Origin: Thelocarpon superellum
Lineage: Eukaryota
NCBI GenBank assembly: GCA_026025795.1
Contig: JAPEUG010000035.1
Location: 1 to 64,000, forward strand
Length of the DNA: 64,000 nucleotides
Direction of reading: 5' to 3'
The position numbers and the translations under genes are program-made. The notes beneath the pieces were generated by a model, which was not told the origin of the DNA, searched no databases, and saw only the letters and a list, made by a program, of their open reading frames with translations. Below are positions 48,332 through 61,697 of this stretch, piece by piece (position 1 is the first letter of the stretch; each line of letters starts with the position of its first letter).

Positions 48332-49908
48332 TCATGTTCCGGGAGTAAAGGCAAGGTTCTCGTTTCCCACGACCCCCTACATCAGGTCAGCATGGATGCA
48401 GTGGAGGGGAAACGGGAAGAGGTTGCGCACCGTTTTCACGTTGCCGATGCCGGCGACTTGGCCATTGCCTCCCGGGAGAATGACATTGGCATAGCTGTTG
48501 GCCATCAATTGCACGCCTCCGTCAAACGTTTGGCCGTCAAAGGCACTGGGGGTCGTCAGCGTCACGAGCCAGTTACTTATGGGAGCGGGCGTGAGCCTCT
48601 CGTGACGTACCAGTGTCCCCCATTGGGCTCGTTGTTGACCGTCTGCATGGCGTTGATCTGAGCGTCGGACAAGCCGGCGTTGCGGGCCAGACGCTCATAC
48701 TCCGTGATGGCCGCTGGGATGGCGGGTCTCAGGTCGTCGAGCTCTTGTTTCGTGCTCTGGTAGTGAATCACCGTCGTCTTCATGACGTCGTCGGGGTCGA
48801 CGAACTCCACGCCATACTGCGTCTGCGGCGGCAGCGCGCCACAATTCAAGAGGACACCAGTCCTGTATTTGTTCATGAAGGCTGGGACGAAGAAACCCGC
48901 CAGGGTGAGCGACCCGCCCGAGACACCGGTGAAGTACACTTGACTTTTGTTGAAGGCAACCTGTGTTGGGAGAATCTGCTGGGCCAGGCGGATGAGCGAC
49001 GGTTTGGGGGACTTGGCCAAGTGAGGAGGTTGTGCCTACGTTTTGGATGAGATCATCCACAGCGGCCGAGTGCGAGACGCCATCTGGTCGAGTGAGATTG
49101 CCCGTGCCTCCGCCCCAGTGGAGTCCAGGATCGGGCGTGCGAATGACGACTCCCATTAGATTCGACTGCACGGCTTGATTGGGGAAGGTGTCGAAGGAGT
49201 CGGCGCCATCGCCATGGAGCAGGACGTTCAGACCAAAGGTTCCCGCGGCGCTCTCGGCTTGTGTAGCACCAGGGACCTGCGAGCTCGTGCTGAACTGGGC
49301 GGCAGGACCGGAAATCTTGTAGCGGAGCGCGAAACCACTGCAAGAGGTCAGTAGCAACACGGGCGACTGGCGGTAGAGACCGACCCCGCGTTTGATGTCT
49401 TGTCGAGGATCAACGAGCCGTCGGAGGCTTGACTGATCGGATCATTTCCCGTGGGATCACTGGCCGGTACCTGAGGCGGTACGCTTGCTGGTGGAATGTC
49501 GACGGCCTGTGCGCCCGCTGCCGTCGTCGTCGTCTGTTGTACGGCGTTGACCGCCCCCGTCGCAGCATTCGCGGCAGGTACCGCGCCAGCCACTGCTTGC
49601 GGAGCGATTCTAGTCTGCTCTTGTGTGGCCGCTCCTGTCGTGCTAGCCCCAATGGCCTGAGCCCCACCACCGCTACCGCCAGCACCCGCTTCTCCGGCTC
49701 GCGCTCCGCCAGCACCCGCTCCGCCAGCACCAGCTCCACCTAGCGCCCCCACGACCGCTCCGCTCAGCAATCCATTAGTACCCTTCCTTCCCCTGTTTCC
49801 TCCGCCTCTCCTCCGTGGAGCTGGACCAGGAAGTGCCGCCGCGTGGGCCAAGAGGACTATATCGACGAGGGCTATGAAGAGTAAACATGCGCGGCCAATA
49901 GCCCGCAT
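48332..49908 (-). CDS. Secreted alpha/beta-hydrolase-like protein with G/A/T-rich N-terminal linker; introns 49338-49384, ~48979-49039, 48546-48610, 48377-48430
   Basis: Signal peptide; NVLLHGDG oxyanion-like motif; FTGVSGGS (GxSxG); GGH|CAFD. All introns GT-AG and frame-consistent; stop 48332-34. Confidence 0.85.
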
Positions 49909-50686
49909 CTTTCAGTGGAAGGGCGCCCAGCGGCTATCTTGAATCGCTCAAAGGCAGAGCCCGAGGGCTCACCAAGCAAGTGGGCAACGGGAAGAAAGGG
50001 AAGCGGTCACGAGTAGAAAGGGAAGAATAGAAGAGAAGAGCTGGGCCCGCCAGCGACGAGAGAAAGAAGGCATCCAGAGACATGGAATGGCGTAGAAATG
50101 GCATAGTTGCGAAGATGGGCGACCTCAAGAGTTTTGTACGACAAGGCGGCCGGTCGCCGTCTCTCAGCGGTGGCCACCTAGGCAATGGGGAGAGCTTGAC
50201 TAAAACAATCTTGGCATTCATCGTGTCGTGATGTGTCTCAAAGACGAGCAAAGCGCGGGGCTCGAAGAGAGCCACGAGGACTGAGCGCGGTAGCTGGCAC
50301 ACGTAGAGTATGATGGCATTTGCCAGTCATTGTGGCCAGGATCTGGATCTGTAAGCGGGACGCCGGAGAGGGCTCGTACAGGAGAGCCGCGCACGGGCGC
50401 ACGAGCCAAATGAGACGAGCACCGGCTCGTGCGACGAATGTCAAACACGTCCCGCGAAGCTGGTCCGTGCCGGGGAGCTCTAACTATGTTACTCTTACGA
50501 AAGCGCGCAGTCAGGAGACGTTACGTCAGGAGTATACGCGAGAGATTGATGCACTTGGACTCTTCCTTCTCGAAGCTCGGCCGTGTACGACCGCTCAGGT
50601 TTCCATGGGAGGGCTGGTCTTCTGGCCGCAACACACCTTTCCTCACTCCTTAGTGCAGCTGTAGGAGCGCACGGATGACCGTCATC

Positions 50687-51780
50687 CTATGAGGTGGCAC
50701 GTAACAGCCTAGCGTCTCCCTTCATCGCATCTTCCAGCAAGCCCAAGGCAGCAGCGGCGAAAGCTACCATGTTCGGCGACCGCTCGCCTCCAACCTCCGG
50801 CAAGACGTCCTTTTCAGTCCTATTGATGCTGCCAGTATTGGCTTGCAAGTCGTCCATGGCCTTGATGATTTCTCGTACTACGTCAGCCACTTCCCCTCGA
50901 TCACCTCGCCTATACCATGCTCTTTCGCCTCCAAACTCTCCACTCGCTCCAGCATGGTGTCCTCCCACGCCATTGCCCCAATTCCGAGTACATCTACTCT
51001 CACCACCGACCTTCGTCTCGTTCCAGCGCAGCCAGAATCACCAGACGTGATAATCCCAACCGCACCGACACCATCTGACTTTAGCGACGCCCACATTTCC
51101 AATACCAACTCTCGCGCAACCATGAGGTCCTTGCACGTGAGTGCAGATCCGAATCTGAGCGGATACAATCTTTCGAGCTCCGCTGCGGGTGAAGTGTTCC
51201 CGCAGCAATATCCATTGCAGTAACTGGATGTTGATATGGGCAGTATATTTGGATGGTCTGTCGTTCTCGAATAGCGAGAACCTATGATGTGGCGACAATT
51301 GGGACGCAATGATGTCGCTCCGCAAGGGGAGGCATAATGAAGCGTCTGAATCGCTTCAGTCATGGACAGGTATGCGTCGGACGCTTGAGCCCGAGCCCCT
51401 TGCGAGCAATTTACTCCGATAATACGACCTGGTAGATCACGAAGGAAAGGCACGGGGCCGCCCGTGGTCGACAGGTTGTGAACCACGTCGTGGCGGGTTT
51501 TGTCCCCTCTGGACCTTGGGTTGATTGAAGACGCTTCTTCTCGAGGGTGATGTCATGCATGCAACAGATCCGACCTTCACCACGGAGGTCGCAGTGCTAG
51601 GGTCGATTGAGTTTGGTACGCGATTGCGCAGGCTGGATTAAAATGCCGTGCACAATGCCTTCAACTTGGTCCAGATCAATAATGGAGGCATCGCCATGAA
51701 CAGTCATCCTGTCCCTTGACTGATCCTAATGGGAATAGGACCCCGAAGCGGTAAGCGGTGGATGACTACTCACTCACCAT
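50687..51780 (-). pseudogene. Possible degenerate coding relic of unknown family
   Basis: ATG|GTGAGT at 51780 with a downstream acceptor, followed by broken overlapping ORFs (51486-50878, 50968-50687) with stops and shifts; no recognisable motif. Confidence 0.25.
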
Positions 51781-53126
51781 TAGCAGCTACGGCACATAGT
51801 ATCTGCGATAGCGTATCCAGACAGGTACGATCTTTAATTATCATACTATGAGTACTACTCATAGTAGTATCAGCACCGGCCCGAGACGTCATCCCGCCCG
51901 TTGGAGGTATGCGAGGCGGCCGCTAGTCTAGGTGCAAAGTGGATGGATCGACAGCGCCTGAAGGAGACACTGAGGCTATTGATCGCAATGGGGTGACTGC
52001 CGATTTCTCTGGATGACACCGGACGATGCAACGGCTCATATGTCAGGGCCACCCACGGACCCAGTCTTTGATTGAGGGCCGGGGCTATTTTGGACCCTTT
52101 CGACTGGCCCAAGGCCTTTCCTTTACGTAATGGCTTGATATCTGCCTGGGGACAAGTTCCATGAGTGTGGGCCGATCGGAGATACTTGCGAGATCACGTG
52201 TCCAAGTCGCTTTCTATCCGACTGCTTCAGACTCCTACACCGCACAATGGATTATGAGTCTGATTCATGACGAATGGACGAGAGAGCGTGAGGAGAGGGC
52301 GTACAAAATGCCGCATCGAATGAGACCTTCTGGAAGCATCGGCCGGTTATGGTGGGGTGATGATGGTAGAGGAGGTGGATGGTCGAGGTCGGATGTTGCT
52401 GCGCCACAATCCGCCTGGTGAGAAGGCGCATTAAGTCGCAAGCGCACTCCGTACTAGTCGTATTCGTGGTAAGGGCGCGCATAGAGACAGGGCAACGTCA
52501 CTCGGCCACTCCGGGCTGGGATTATGGCGCCTGCAACGAGGCGATTGGGGCGAGGTAGCATTCGCTCCACTGCGGTGCGCTGTTCAACATGTGGCCCTGG
52601 TCGGCGTCCTATCATTGGTCCAGCGCTCCTTGACTGTGCTCGCCCCTCGACGCCTCGGAGCCCCGCGCCCGTGATCGTCGTAGTCGCCGTGGATTTCGGA
52701 AAAAGTACGCCAATGAGAATGAGAGAAATTGGGTACAGGTACTCATGCGATTCTACGGACTAGGACTGCGTGTCGACGTAGGTCGGACCTTCATGCTCAT
52801 TCGGCCTATGGCGTACGAGTGCAGAGTAAACCAACAGTTGGGCCCTCATTTTCGTCAGCGGCTCTGACACCGCCCTGCCCCAAACCACCCACCACGAGGC
52901 CGCCATCAGCGTCAACTTCTTCTGCCACCTTCCGCCACTTGAGCGACATCCATCCAGACAGACTGGCACACCGTTCGCATCGCAGCGTGGCTTACTGAAG
53001 GTGCAAAGCGATCTCTCTCCTGATATTTTACGAGGTGCGACGACGTCAGAGGCGAAACACATCTTCCACGGCGGTCACCCAAGAGCCCCGCCGTTGCAGG
53101 TCTCGCTGGGAAGGCAAGGCACAAGC

Positions 53127-55077
53127 ATGGCGGCGACGCATCTACGACGGAAAGATACCACGAAAGGGCCCCCGCTGCGGGTGCTGTCACTCGGTAAGGA
53201 CTTACTACCGCTCTGGAGGCGCCGTGGATACATGGCTGATCTGATGGATAGATGGTGGCGGCGTGCGGGGATACTCGATGCTCATCCTGTTGCAAGAGCT
53301 CATGTACCGAACCTACGTCGAGATCGAGGGCAAAGCACCCAAGCGCGACCAAATTGCCAAGCCATGCGATCATTTTGACCTGATCGCGGGCACGGGCACG
53401 GGCGGACTGATCGCCATCATGTTGGGCCGGCTGCGCATGGACATCGAGACGTGCAAGGACGTGTACGTCCGCATGACCAAACGGGTGTTTGAGACGGACA
53501 AGACCATCGCCGGCATCCCTTACCGATCTACTCTCTTCAAAGCCTCGCGGCTGGAGTGGGCCATCCAGGAGTGCGTGCGCGAGCATACCGCGGCCGAACA
53601 CGATAGCAACGATGGAAGAGATCCCTATGATCACGCCACGCCCACTAGCCCCAGATCAGAGAGTTTCCACGAATTTGATCTGGCACAACGACCCATCAGT
53701 CGGGTCAGCACGCTGAGCGGAAAGAGCGACAAGAGCTTTCGGAATGGGCTTGCGCCCGCGCCCCTACGATGGGGCAATCCCAACGCCCCAATGTATGATG
53801 TGCGGGAAGACCGAACCAAGACGTAAGTCGGATTATGTTGCGCATCGAGTGATTGCTGACCGGGATGCAGCGCGGTGACGGCGGTGTACAAAGGAACGCC
53901 CAAGAATGGATCATCCGTTCTCCTGCGCTCCTACGATTCAAGGAAGGAGCCGGCGCCAGAATTCAACTGCACCATCTGGCAGGCCGGACGGGCGACGTGT
54001 GCGACAGGGCTAGCTTTCAAACCCATCCAAGTCGGACAGTCAATGTTCCACGACGAAGGGGCCGGCAAGTATAACCCGGCACCGCAGATCCTCGACGAGG
54101 CAGCAGTGAATGAGTGGCCGGGTCGTGAGGTCGGCGTCTTCGTCAGCATCGGTACAGGGAAACGGCCGTCGGGCACGAACGGTCAGCAACACCTTTGGTG
54201 GGAGGGCTTCGGCGGGGGGGTGATGGGCGACTTCGCGGAGGCTCGACGGCGGCTCATCTCCAAGACCGAGGGCTGCGAAGACACGCATCAATACATGATC
54301 AAGGAGCATCTGTCGAAACGGGGTGTCAACGCCGAGAACTACTTCCGGCTGAACGTGGAAGTGGGCGTCGGGGAGTTTGGCATGAACGAGTGGAACCGAT
54401 TGGCCGACATCAGCACGAGCACGCGGCGGTATCTGACGAAGAGCGAAGTGCAACGGATGAACGTCGACGCGGCGTCAAAGCTGGCGCGGATCCACCGAGC
54501 GCGTCTGCGGGCGGCGGGACTATCCATGCCACGCCGGCTCGACCAGGACGATCTGGACGAACCGGAGTACATCATGCCGTCGGATCCGATGGCTGTCGAA
54601 CTCCCCGGCACCGATGTCCCTCCCCTTCCTCTACGCATCCGACCCGGGCCACCGTATAACTCGCGGCTGCACTACCAGCAGGTCTCATCGAGCCAGGACA
54701 AATTCGCGGTCATCTCGTCCGACGAGTATCCGCAATCGATTGATCCCGCCTCGCGATCACATTCGCAGTCGCGGTCGCGCCGCTCTACCGACCTCCCGTC
54801 CTACCGCTCCAGCAACGAAAACCTCCCGCCCGCTTCTTCCGTGGGATCCTTCGTGCCCTCGCCCCGGCATAGCGGCGAAGGCCGCGACCCGGACCGACCC
54901 AGCCCGCCCCCACTCCCACCCAAAACTCCCCTCCAGATGCCCGCCGAGCCTCCACGACGCAACCCCGCCCGCGTCATGAATGGAAACCACCATCCTCACC
55001 ACCTCCCGTACCCGGACAACGACGGGCCCCCTCCTATGATCAACATGGCGCGCAAGCCGGAATACAACGGACGATGA
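53127..55077 (+). CDS. Patatin-like phospholipase-domain protein (iPLA2-gamma-like), Pro-rich tail; introns 53194-53251, 53823-53870
   Basis: LRVLSL|DGGGVRG, FDLIAGTGTGGLIA, IWQAGRAT, VSIGTG, NYFRLNV. Confidence 0.92.
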
Positions 55078-55833
55078 GGTCCACCCCTTGCGATCTCGGG
55101 TTTCACACGCCTCTGCATATTCTCTTTGGGATGTTCACGGTATTCACCGACGATGCGACTATGATATCTGATGATTTCCTCACCGGCCTTTCGGCTTCGA
55201 CGCAGCGTAGCATGGTGGCTAGGAATCATGCGACTGCGATCCTCTTTCTTTCTTTCTTTGTTTCTCTTTCTACGGCTGAGTGCCTCTGATGAGATACATC
55301 ACGGAAAGGGGGGGAAAGGAAAGGAAAGGAAGGAATGGGCTGGACTGCTGAAGTTATGGATACAAGGATCATGGATATTTGGATATAGGGGGTTCTTGAT
55401 TCCGCATCTTGTGCAAGCGATACCTACCTCTTTCCATCTCGGCTTATATCACTGCCCGTTCCATGACCTACACAAAGCACCTGGCACTTCTGCGCCATTC
55501 TTCGATATCCCCATTCCTATATTTGAAGAAAGTGCAAAGTCCGTCGCGTAGCCAGGGAAGGCCCTTTTTAACAAAATGGCAATCCGGGTTCAACCAACTG
55601 TCCCGGTCATTACCATCATAGTCGCTTCCACGCCTCTACTCGTGCGGTGGGCTCCGTTGCTTCCGTTACGACGTCAATCATTTTGATTTCCTCTGTCTCT
55701 ATATATCACGGCTAATGCTGAAGGCTGATGGCCGAAGGCTGAAGGTGATTCGTCATGTGCTCTCCAGACTATCATGATGCCAAAGGAGAAGTGAGCCTGT
55801 AAGTATAATGGGAATGGAATGGGAAAGAAAGGT

Positions 55834-55863
55834 AAAGGGAAAGGGAAAGGGAAAGGGAAAGGG
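55834..55863. repeat. (AAAGGG)5 microsatellite just 3' of FRS2
   Basis: Five perfect hexamers. Confidence 0.9.
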
Positions 55864-55915
55864 AGAGGCAGAGTGGGGGTGGAAGTGGACGTAAAAGGGA
55901 GCAGGAAAAAGACAA

Positions 55916-57831
55916 TCAGTCCTTGTCGAGGCGCACGGCAGGATTGTTCTCCACGAAGTTCAGGTCCACTTTGTGTCCCAGTAGCTCCCGGATGTTCTTG
56001 ACGCCGTACCTGCATTACCGTCAGCTATTATTCTTCCCTCGCTTGTCCCTTTTCTTCTCTGCTGTTTCATAGCTGTCGCATGGAGAGGAGAGATGAGATC
56101 TCACTTGATCATCGTCGGTCGCTCCAAACTCAATCCCCATCCGTAAACGCGCATGTTCTTCGGCAAGCCCATGGGCTCGAGCATCTCGGGACGGAACATG
56201 CCACTGTTGCCGATCTCGACCCACTTGCCCAGTCCCTCGTGCCATCCGAAGATCTCCATGCTGGGCTCGGTGTAGGGGTTGTAGGCCGGCTTGAAGCGTA
56301 GATTGCCCACACCCATCTTGCCGAAGAAGGTCTCCATGAAGCCGATGAGCCCGCCCAGCGTCAGGCCGAAATCGGCAATCACGCCTTCGACTTGGTGGAA
56401 CTCGGCGAGATGCGTCGCGTCGACCGTCTCGTTGCGGAAGACGCGGTCGATGGAGAAGTAGCGTGCCGGGCGTGGATTCGCGGCCAGTTTATGGAGCACG
56501 TTGGTCGATATCGACGTCGTGTGTGTCCGCAGCACAAGCCTTAGTGATTCCTCTTCTTTCCACGGATACCGGTAGCCGATCGAGCCATACTTCCCTTTCT
56601 CGTGCACGTCTCGAATGTCGTTCCAGTACTTGTCGTAGTCCAGCGCGTTTTCCGTCTTTGCCCGGCTCTTTCTCTTTGCACCTGGTGTGGTAGGTGAGGG
56701 ATCGGCGCGAGGCTTGTCAGCATAGAGGGGATCGGCAATGTAAAAGGTGTCTTGCAGGTCTCGGGCCGGGTGCTGTTGAGGTACGAAGAGGGCGTCGAAG
56801 TTCCAGAATCCCGTCTCCACGAAACTGAATGAAAGGATGAGTACGGTAAAAGGGAATGCGCCAGTGTGAGAGACCTACCGATTCGTGGGCATCTCCTCGA
56901 ACCCCATCTCAAAGAAGATCTGGCGGAATTCATGCCGGACCTTGTTCACTGTCCCATCCCACTCGATTAGCCGGGCACCTTCGAATGATCCAGTCCTTGC
57001 TTACGAGGATGCAATGCACCGCAAGGTGTGACGGCACCGAGAGAGTTGAAATTGTATGGTTTGAAGGTCAAGTCTTTCCACGAACCGCTGCCAGGGGTCA
57101 GCAGGGCCTTGTGCTGCCATCCACCAGCACACCAACCTCGCGAGCATATCTGCGGTCAAATCCGTCTCCTCTTTGATCATTTGTCGTGCGTACTTGGGGC
57201 CCTTGGTAATCTTGAAGCTGATGACTTTTTGTAATCCGACCAGTTTCCGCTTTCGAAGCTCAGCGATGGCCTTGGCGTCCGGGTACGCCTTGGTTTCCTG
57301 GATGGTGCGCAGCTGCTCTCGGGTGGTATCTTTGATGGATCTGGTCTGGGGAGCATCAGTCACTGTCAGGAAGCTTGGGCAAGGTGGGAGCATCCGACGT
57401 TGGCGTGTAGTAGCCCCTCCTTGTCTTTCCGTACCCAGCCCTCCTTGAAGGCCTTGCCCTGCCCCACTTTGGCGCTCTCCTTGCCAACCAGGCCCTGGAC
57501 AAATCAGGTCAGTCGGGACCATGAGACTGCATGCTGACGGTAATTTTCGACCTACTGGTAGGTCGCCAATCTTCAAGCCGGCGACAGCCTTCTGCACGGC
57601 CTCAAAGACTTTTGCTTCATGGCTTCCCTCCTGGGCAATTATCGCGCCTTCCGCAGTCAAAATAGCTTCTTCTCGATCAATCGTCTCGTAGACTACCATA
57701 TCCCGCGAGCCCAACCGATCCAGAGCGGCTTTGACCACGGTGGAGGGTGTGGAGGGAAAGGCATCGGCGGAAAGCAAGGTCTCATGTGACGAGAGCAGGT
57801 CGAGGACTTGCGATGTGAGATCGTTGGCCAT
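55916..57831 (-). CDS. FRS2: Cytoplasmic phenylalanyl-tRNA synthetase alpha subunit, 7 exons
   Basis: [83 protein letters not shown]; six GT-AG introns. Confidence 0.97.
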
Positions 57832-58453
57832 GATACTCGATCAAGCTGCAGCTCCCCAATATCTGGTAGAGAATCAGACGAGATGCCGTGCAATGGGTCT
57901 GGGCCAGTTGCCGGTCATACTCGAACACTACGCCGTCGATCTGAGCCGCGGGTAAACGGTCACATATGCACGCACTGACACTCACAGCTCGCCGTTACTC
58001 GCAATGTCGCGCACAGTCCGCGTCCTGAATCCTGACTCATCCGTCGCTCGCTTCGCCCCACGTAGGCGAAGCGGCGGACGTGGGACACACAGGTGATCCC
58101 ACTCTCTGGGGCGGGCCGAAATCTGGCCACAGCGTAGCCAAGTGCCTGGGCAAGGTGTTTGATAGGCATGCTGCTAACTGACGTAGGGACGTTAGTAGGA
58201 GGTAGACGGCCTAGGACTTCGACCCATAGCGGTCCCTGTGCATTCTTGGGCACCGCTGAACACCAGTCAAAGATCAGCGATCAAGGGCCAATCAGCAGGA
58301 TGGCACGCTGCCAAGGCACCGAAGACCCAGCAATCCCACCCGCGGCTCTGTGAGGATTCTGTTCGCCGCCATTCAACGCAAACGTGGTCCACCTGGTCGT
58401 GTGCTTGCACGTTCGCCATGATATGCTCGTCATGTCAAGGCTTGCATCAGTAA

Positions 58454-61400
58454 ATGGCACCATGGAGATGCTCCACCTCCCCGTGGCGATGGGTCCCCGC
58501 TACCCTCGGGCTCTGGTCGCTGTGGATCTTGATGGTCCATGGCATGTCCAGAGAACAGATCGGACACCTTAGGCGGGAGACCGTGGCCATGTTCTATCAT
58601 GGCTACAACAATTACATGAAGCATGCCTTTCCCGAGGATGAGGTGAGTGGTCCTGACCGCTTGGCCGTGTAGGCGCCTGCTAACACGCGCCCAGCTCCGT
58701 CCGGTCTCGTGTGGCCCCTTGTCCCGCGATCGAGAACATTCCAACAATATCGGCCTCAACGATGTCTTGGGCAACTACTCTCTGACGCTGATCGATAGCC
58801 TGTCGACCCTCGCCATCATTGCCTCATCTACGAGCAACCCGCCTGTGACTGAGACCGCGCTGCGAGACTTCCAAGATGGAGTCATGTTGTTGGTGCAAAA
58901 CTACGGCGATGGCACGGACGGTCCCAGTGGGGAAGGTGTCCGCGCCCGGGGCTTCGATCTGGACAGCAAGGTCCAGGTCTTTGAGACGGTCATCCGCGGC
59001 GTCGGTGGACTGTTGAGCGCCCATCTCTTTGCGGATGACGCCATGCCCTTTGGTCGGCAGCAATCGAAGGCCCGTCCCCAGACGACACCCAAGGCAGCGT
59101 GGGCCACAGGATTCATCTACGATGGGCAGTTATTACGCCTGGCCCATGACCTCGCCTCACGTTTACTACCGGCCTTTTACACCCCGTCCGGCATTCCCTA
59201 CCCGCGAGTGAACTTGCGCCATGGCATTCCATTCTACGTCAATTCCATCTACAATCAGGATCCAGCGTTTGGTCAGTGCGGCACTACCAGTCCTTCCGCC
59301 GACATCACCGAGACGTGCAGCGCCGGTGCTGGCAGCCTCGTATTGGAGTTTACCACCTTGAGCAGGCTGTCGGGTGATGCTCGTTTTGAGCAGTTGGCAA
59401 AGAGAGCATTTTGGGAGGTGTGGTATCGGCGGAGTAGCATCGGCTTGATCGGGGCTGGCATCGATGCCGAGACGGGGCTGTGGACGGGACCCATCACCGG
59501 CATTGGGGCGGGCATCGACAGCTTCTTTGAATACGCCTTGAAATCGCATGTGCTTTTGTCCGGGTCCGAGCGACTTGTCTCCACCAACTACACCGCGCCA
59601 GGAGCAGCCAGTCACCCTCGACACGATCCGAACCTCTTGTTCCGGCCGCTGACCCCGGAAGAGAATGGCCCGGACGCATTTCTGTCGACCTGGCGCCAAG
59701 CCCATACGGCCATCAAACGCCACTTGTATCGCGATCTCCACCATCCCCATTACATCAATGCCCACATCAACACCGGTTCGCCACAGGCGCTGTGGATCGA
59801 CAGCCTCGGCGCGTATTACCCCGGCCTGCTCACCCTGGGCGGCGAGCTGGAAGAGGCCATCGAGACAAATCTGCTCTATACGGCACTGTGGACGCGCTAC
59901 TCAGCCTTACCAGAACGATGGTCGACACGCGATGGTGGCGTCGAGGGAGGTCTGGGCTGGTGGCCGGGGCGGCCGGAATTCGTCGAGTCCAACTATCATC
60001 TCTACCGCGCCACCAAGGATCCGTGGTATCTCTATGTGGGCGAGATGGCCTTACGAGACATCAAGCGGAGATGCTGGACGAAATGTGGCTGGGCCGGACT
60101 GCAAGACGTTCGGAGTGGGGAATTGACCGACCGCATGGAGAGCTTCTTCCTTGGCGAAACGACGAAATACCTGTTTCTCCTCTTCGACGAGGCACACCCG
60201 CTGAATACGCTGGATGCGCCGTTTGTCTTCACCACGGAGGGCCATCCATTAATGCTGCCACGACCGACCACACGCAACCTCGAGTCCAACGAGCTCTCGG
60301 AGCGCCTCAACGACGAGACATGTCCCAGGGCACCAGATGTCATCCCATTCAGTATCTCCGCCACAGCAGCGAGACGCGACATCTTTCACGCGGCCCGGCT
60401 AACGAAGCTTCACCTCCTGCCCGAACCCGAACACATCGAATCGCCGCTCTTCGAGTATGCCCACGACCATCCCAGCATCTCGTTGAGCGATCTGCAGTCT
60501 CCCACCAACTACACCTTCTACCCCTGGACCTTGCCCGCGAACCTCATCCCACCCAACGGGTTTTCGTCCAAGCTTCGCGCCAAACACACCTTTGACATAC
60601 AATTCCCCTCGATTTCTCCCAATATCCTATTAGGGCAACAGACTCTCTCCCGAGTCGCCGAAGGGATTCTGATCCACTCGCTCGAAGGGGTCCGGATGGG
60701 ATTTGTGCTAGACGAGCCGGAAGATAGCGACGTGCAGCTGGTCAACGGGGACACCTTCCGAATCCACAGCATCGGCAACTTTGCCCTCGGCCGAGACGAG
60801 AAAGTCTTCATCCGCAGAAACGTGCTCGGCAACATCGTGGATCCAAACTTCTCAAGGGTACGCGATACCAGCGTCCTGGATCTGATTGTGGATTTTGGCA
60901 TCCAGGACGCAGCTCCCAACGCCACGGAGCCCAAAGCACCTACCGCGTCCAACCCCACGCCCAGCCTCGACGTGGCCCCTCCGGCCGTCCAAGTGGCACC
61001 TCCCAACCTTGGCGCGGCCGAAAACACCATCAAGGAGATGCAAGGCGTGCTGCAGTCGCTGCTGCAACAACTCAGTTTCGGTATGGTTGAAGAGCCGGAA
61101 GCGCCCATTGCGGACGTCGTTCCACAGGGGCAGTACCAGCGTCTAGCGGCCACGGCACCAACGGGGGTAGGCGCCGCCCCTCTCCCCGACATCGAAGACG
61201 TGCCGGACCCCAACGACGCAGGGCAAGAGACAGGCGCGCTGCCTTGGCGCGGCATCTACATCACCGACGAGGCGTGCACGGCGAAACTCCCCGCCCACGC
61301 AGCGTCGGATCATCACATCATCATCATGAAGCGCGGCGGATGCAGCTTCTCTACGAAAATGGCCAGCGTCCCGTCCTTTACCCGGTCGCGCTCTTCGCTC

Positions 61401-61697
61401 CGCCTCGTCATCGTCATCTCTCCCTCTCAAGAAGAAGAAGAAGAAGAGGAGGAGGAGGAGGAGGAGGAGGAGGAAGGGTGGGGAGGGGGAGAAGTAGATC
61501 CTCAGATCCGCCCACTGCTCGACGTGCCGCAACGCACACCCGGCGGCTTACTGCGCCACCATCCCATTCCAATGGTCATGGTGCACGGTGGACGTAAGCT
61601 GTACGAGCGCTTCAAGCACGCCAGAGCCATCGGGCTGCGACGGAGATATTGGGTCCATTCGCGCGGGGTGCCGGTTGGCAATCTTGTTGTATTGTAG
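58454..61697 (+). CDS. MNL1: GH47 ER degradation-enhancing alpha-1,2-mannosidase-like protein (EDEM/Htm1) with C-terminal PA-like region; intron 58643-58694
   Basis: MFYHGYNNYMKHAFPEDE|LRPVSC, LTLIDSLSTL, VFETVIRGVGGLLSAH, GAGIDSFFEY, RPEFVES, MESFFLGETTKY, FTTEGHP; KRGGCSF. Confidence 0.93.
61431..61475 (+). repeat. (GAA)5(GAG)9GAA trinucleotide tract encoding poly-Glu15
   Basis: Directly visible in the sequence and in the ORF translation. Confidence 0.95.
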
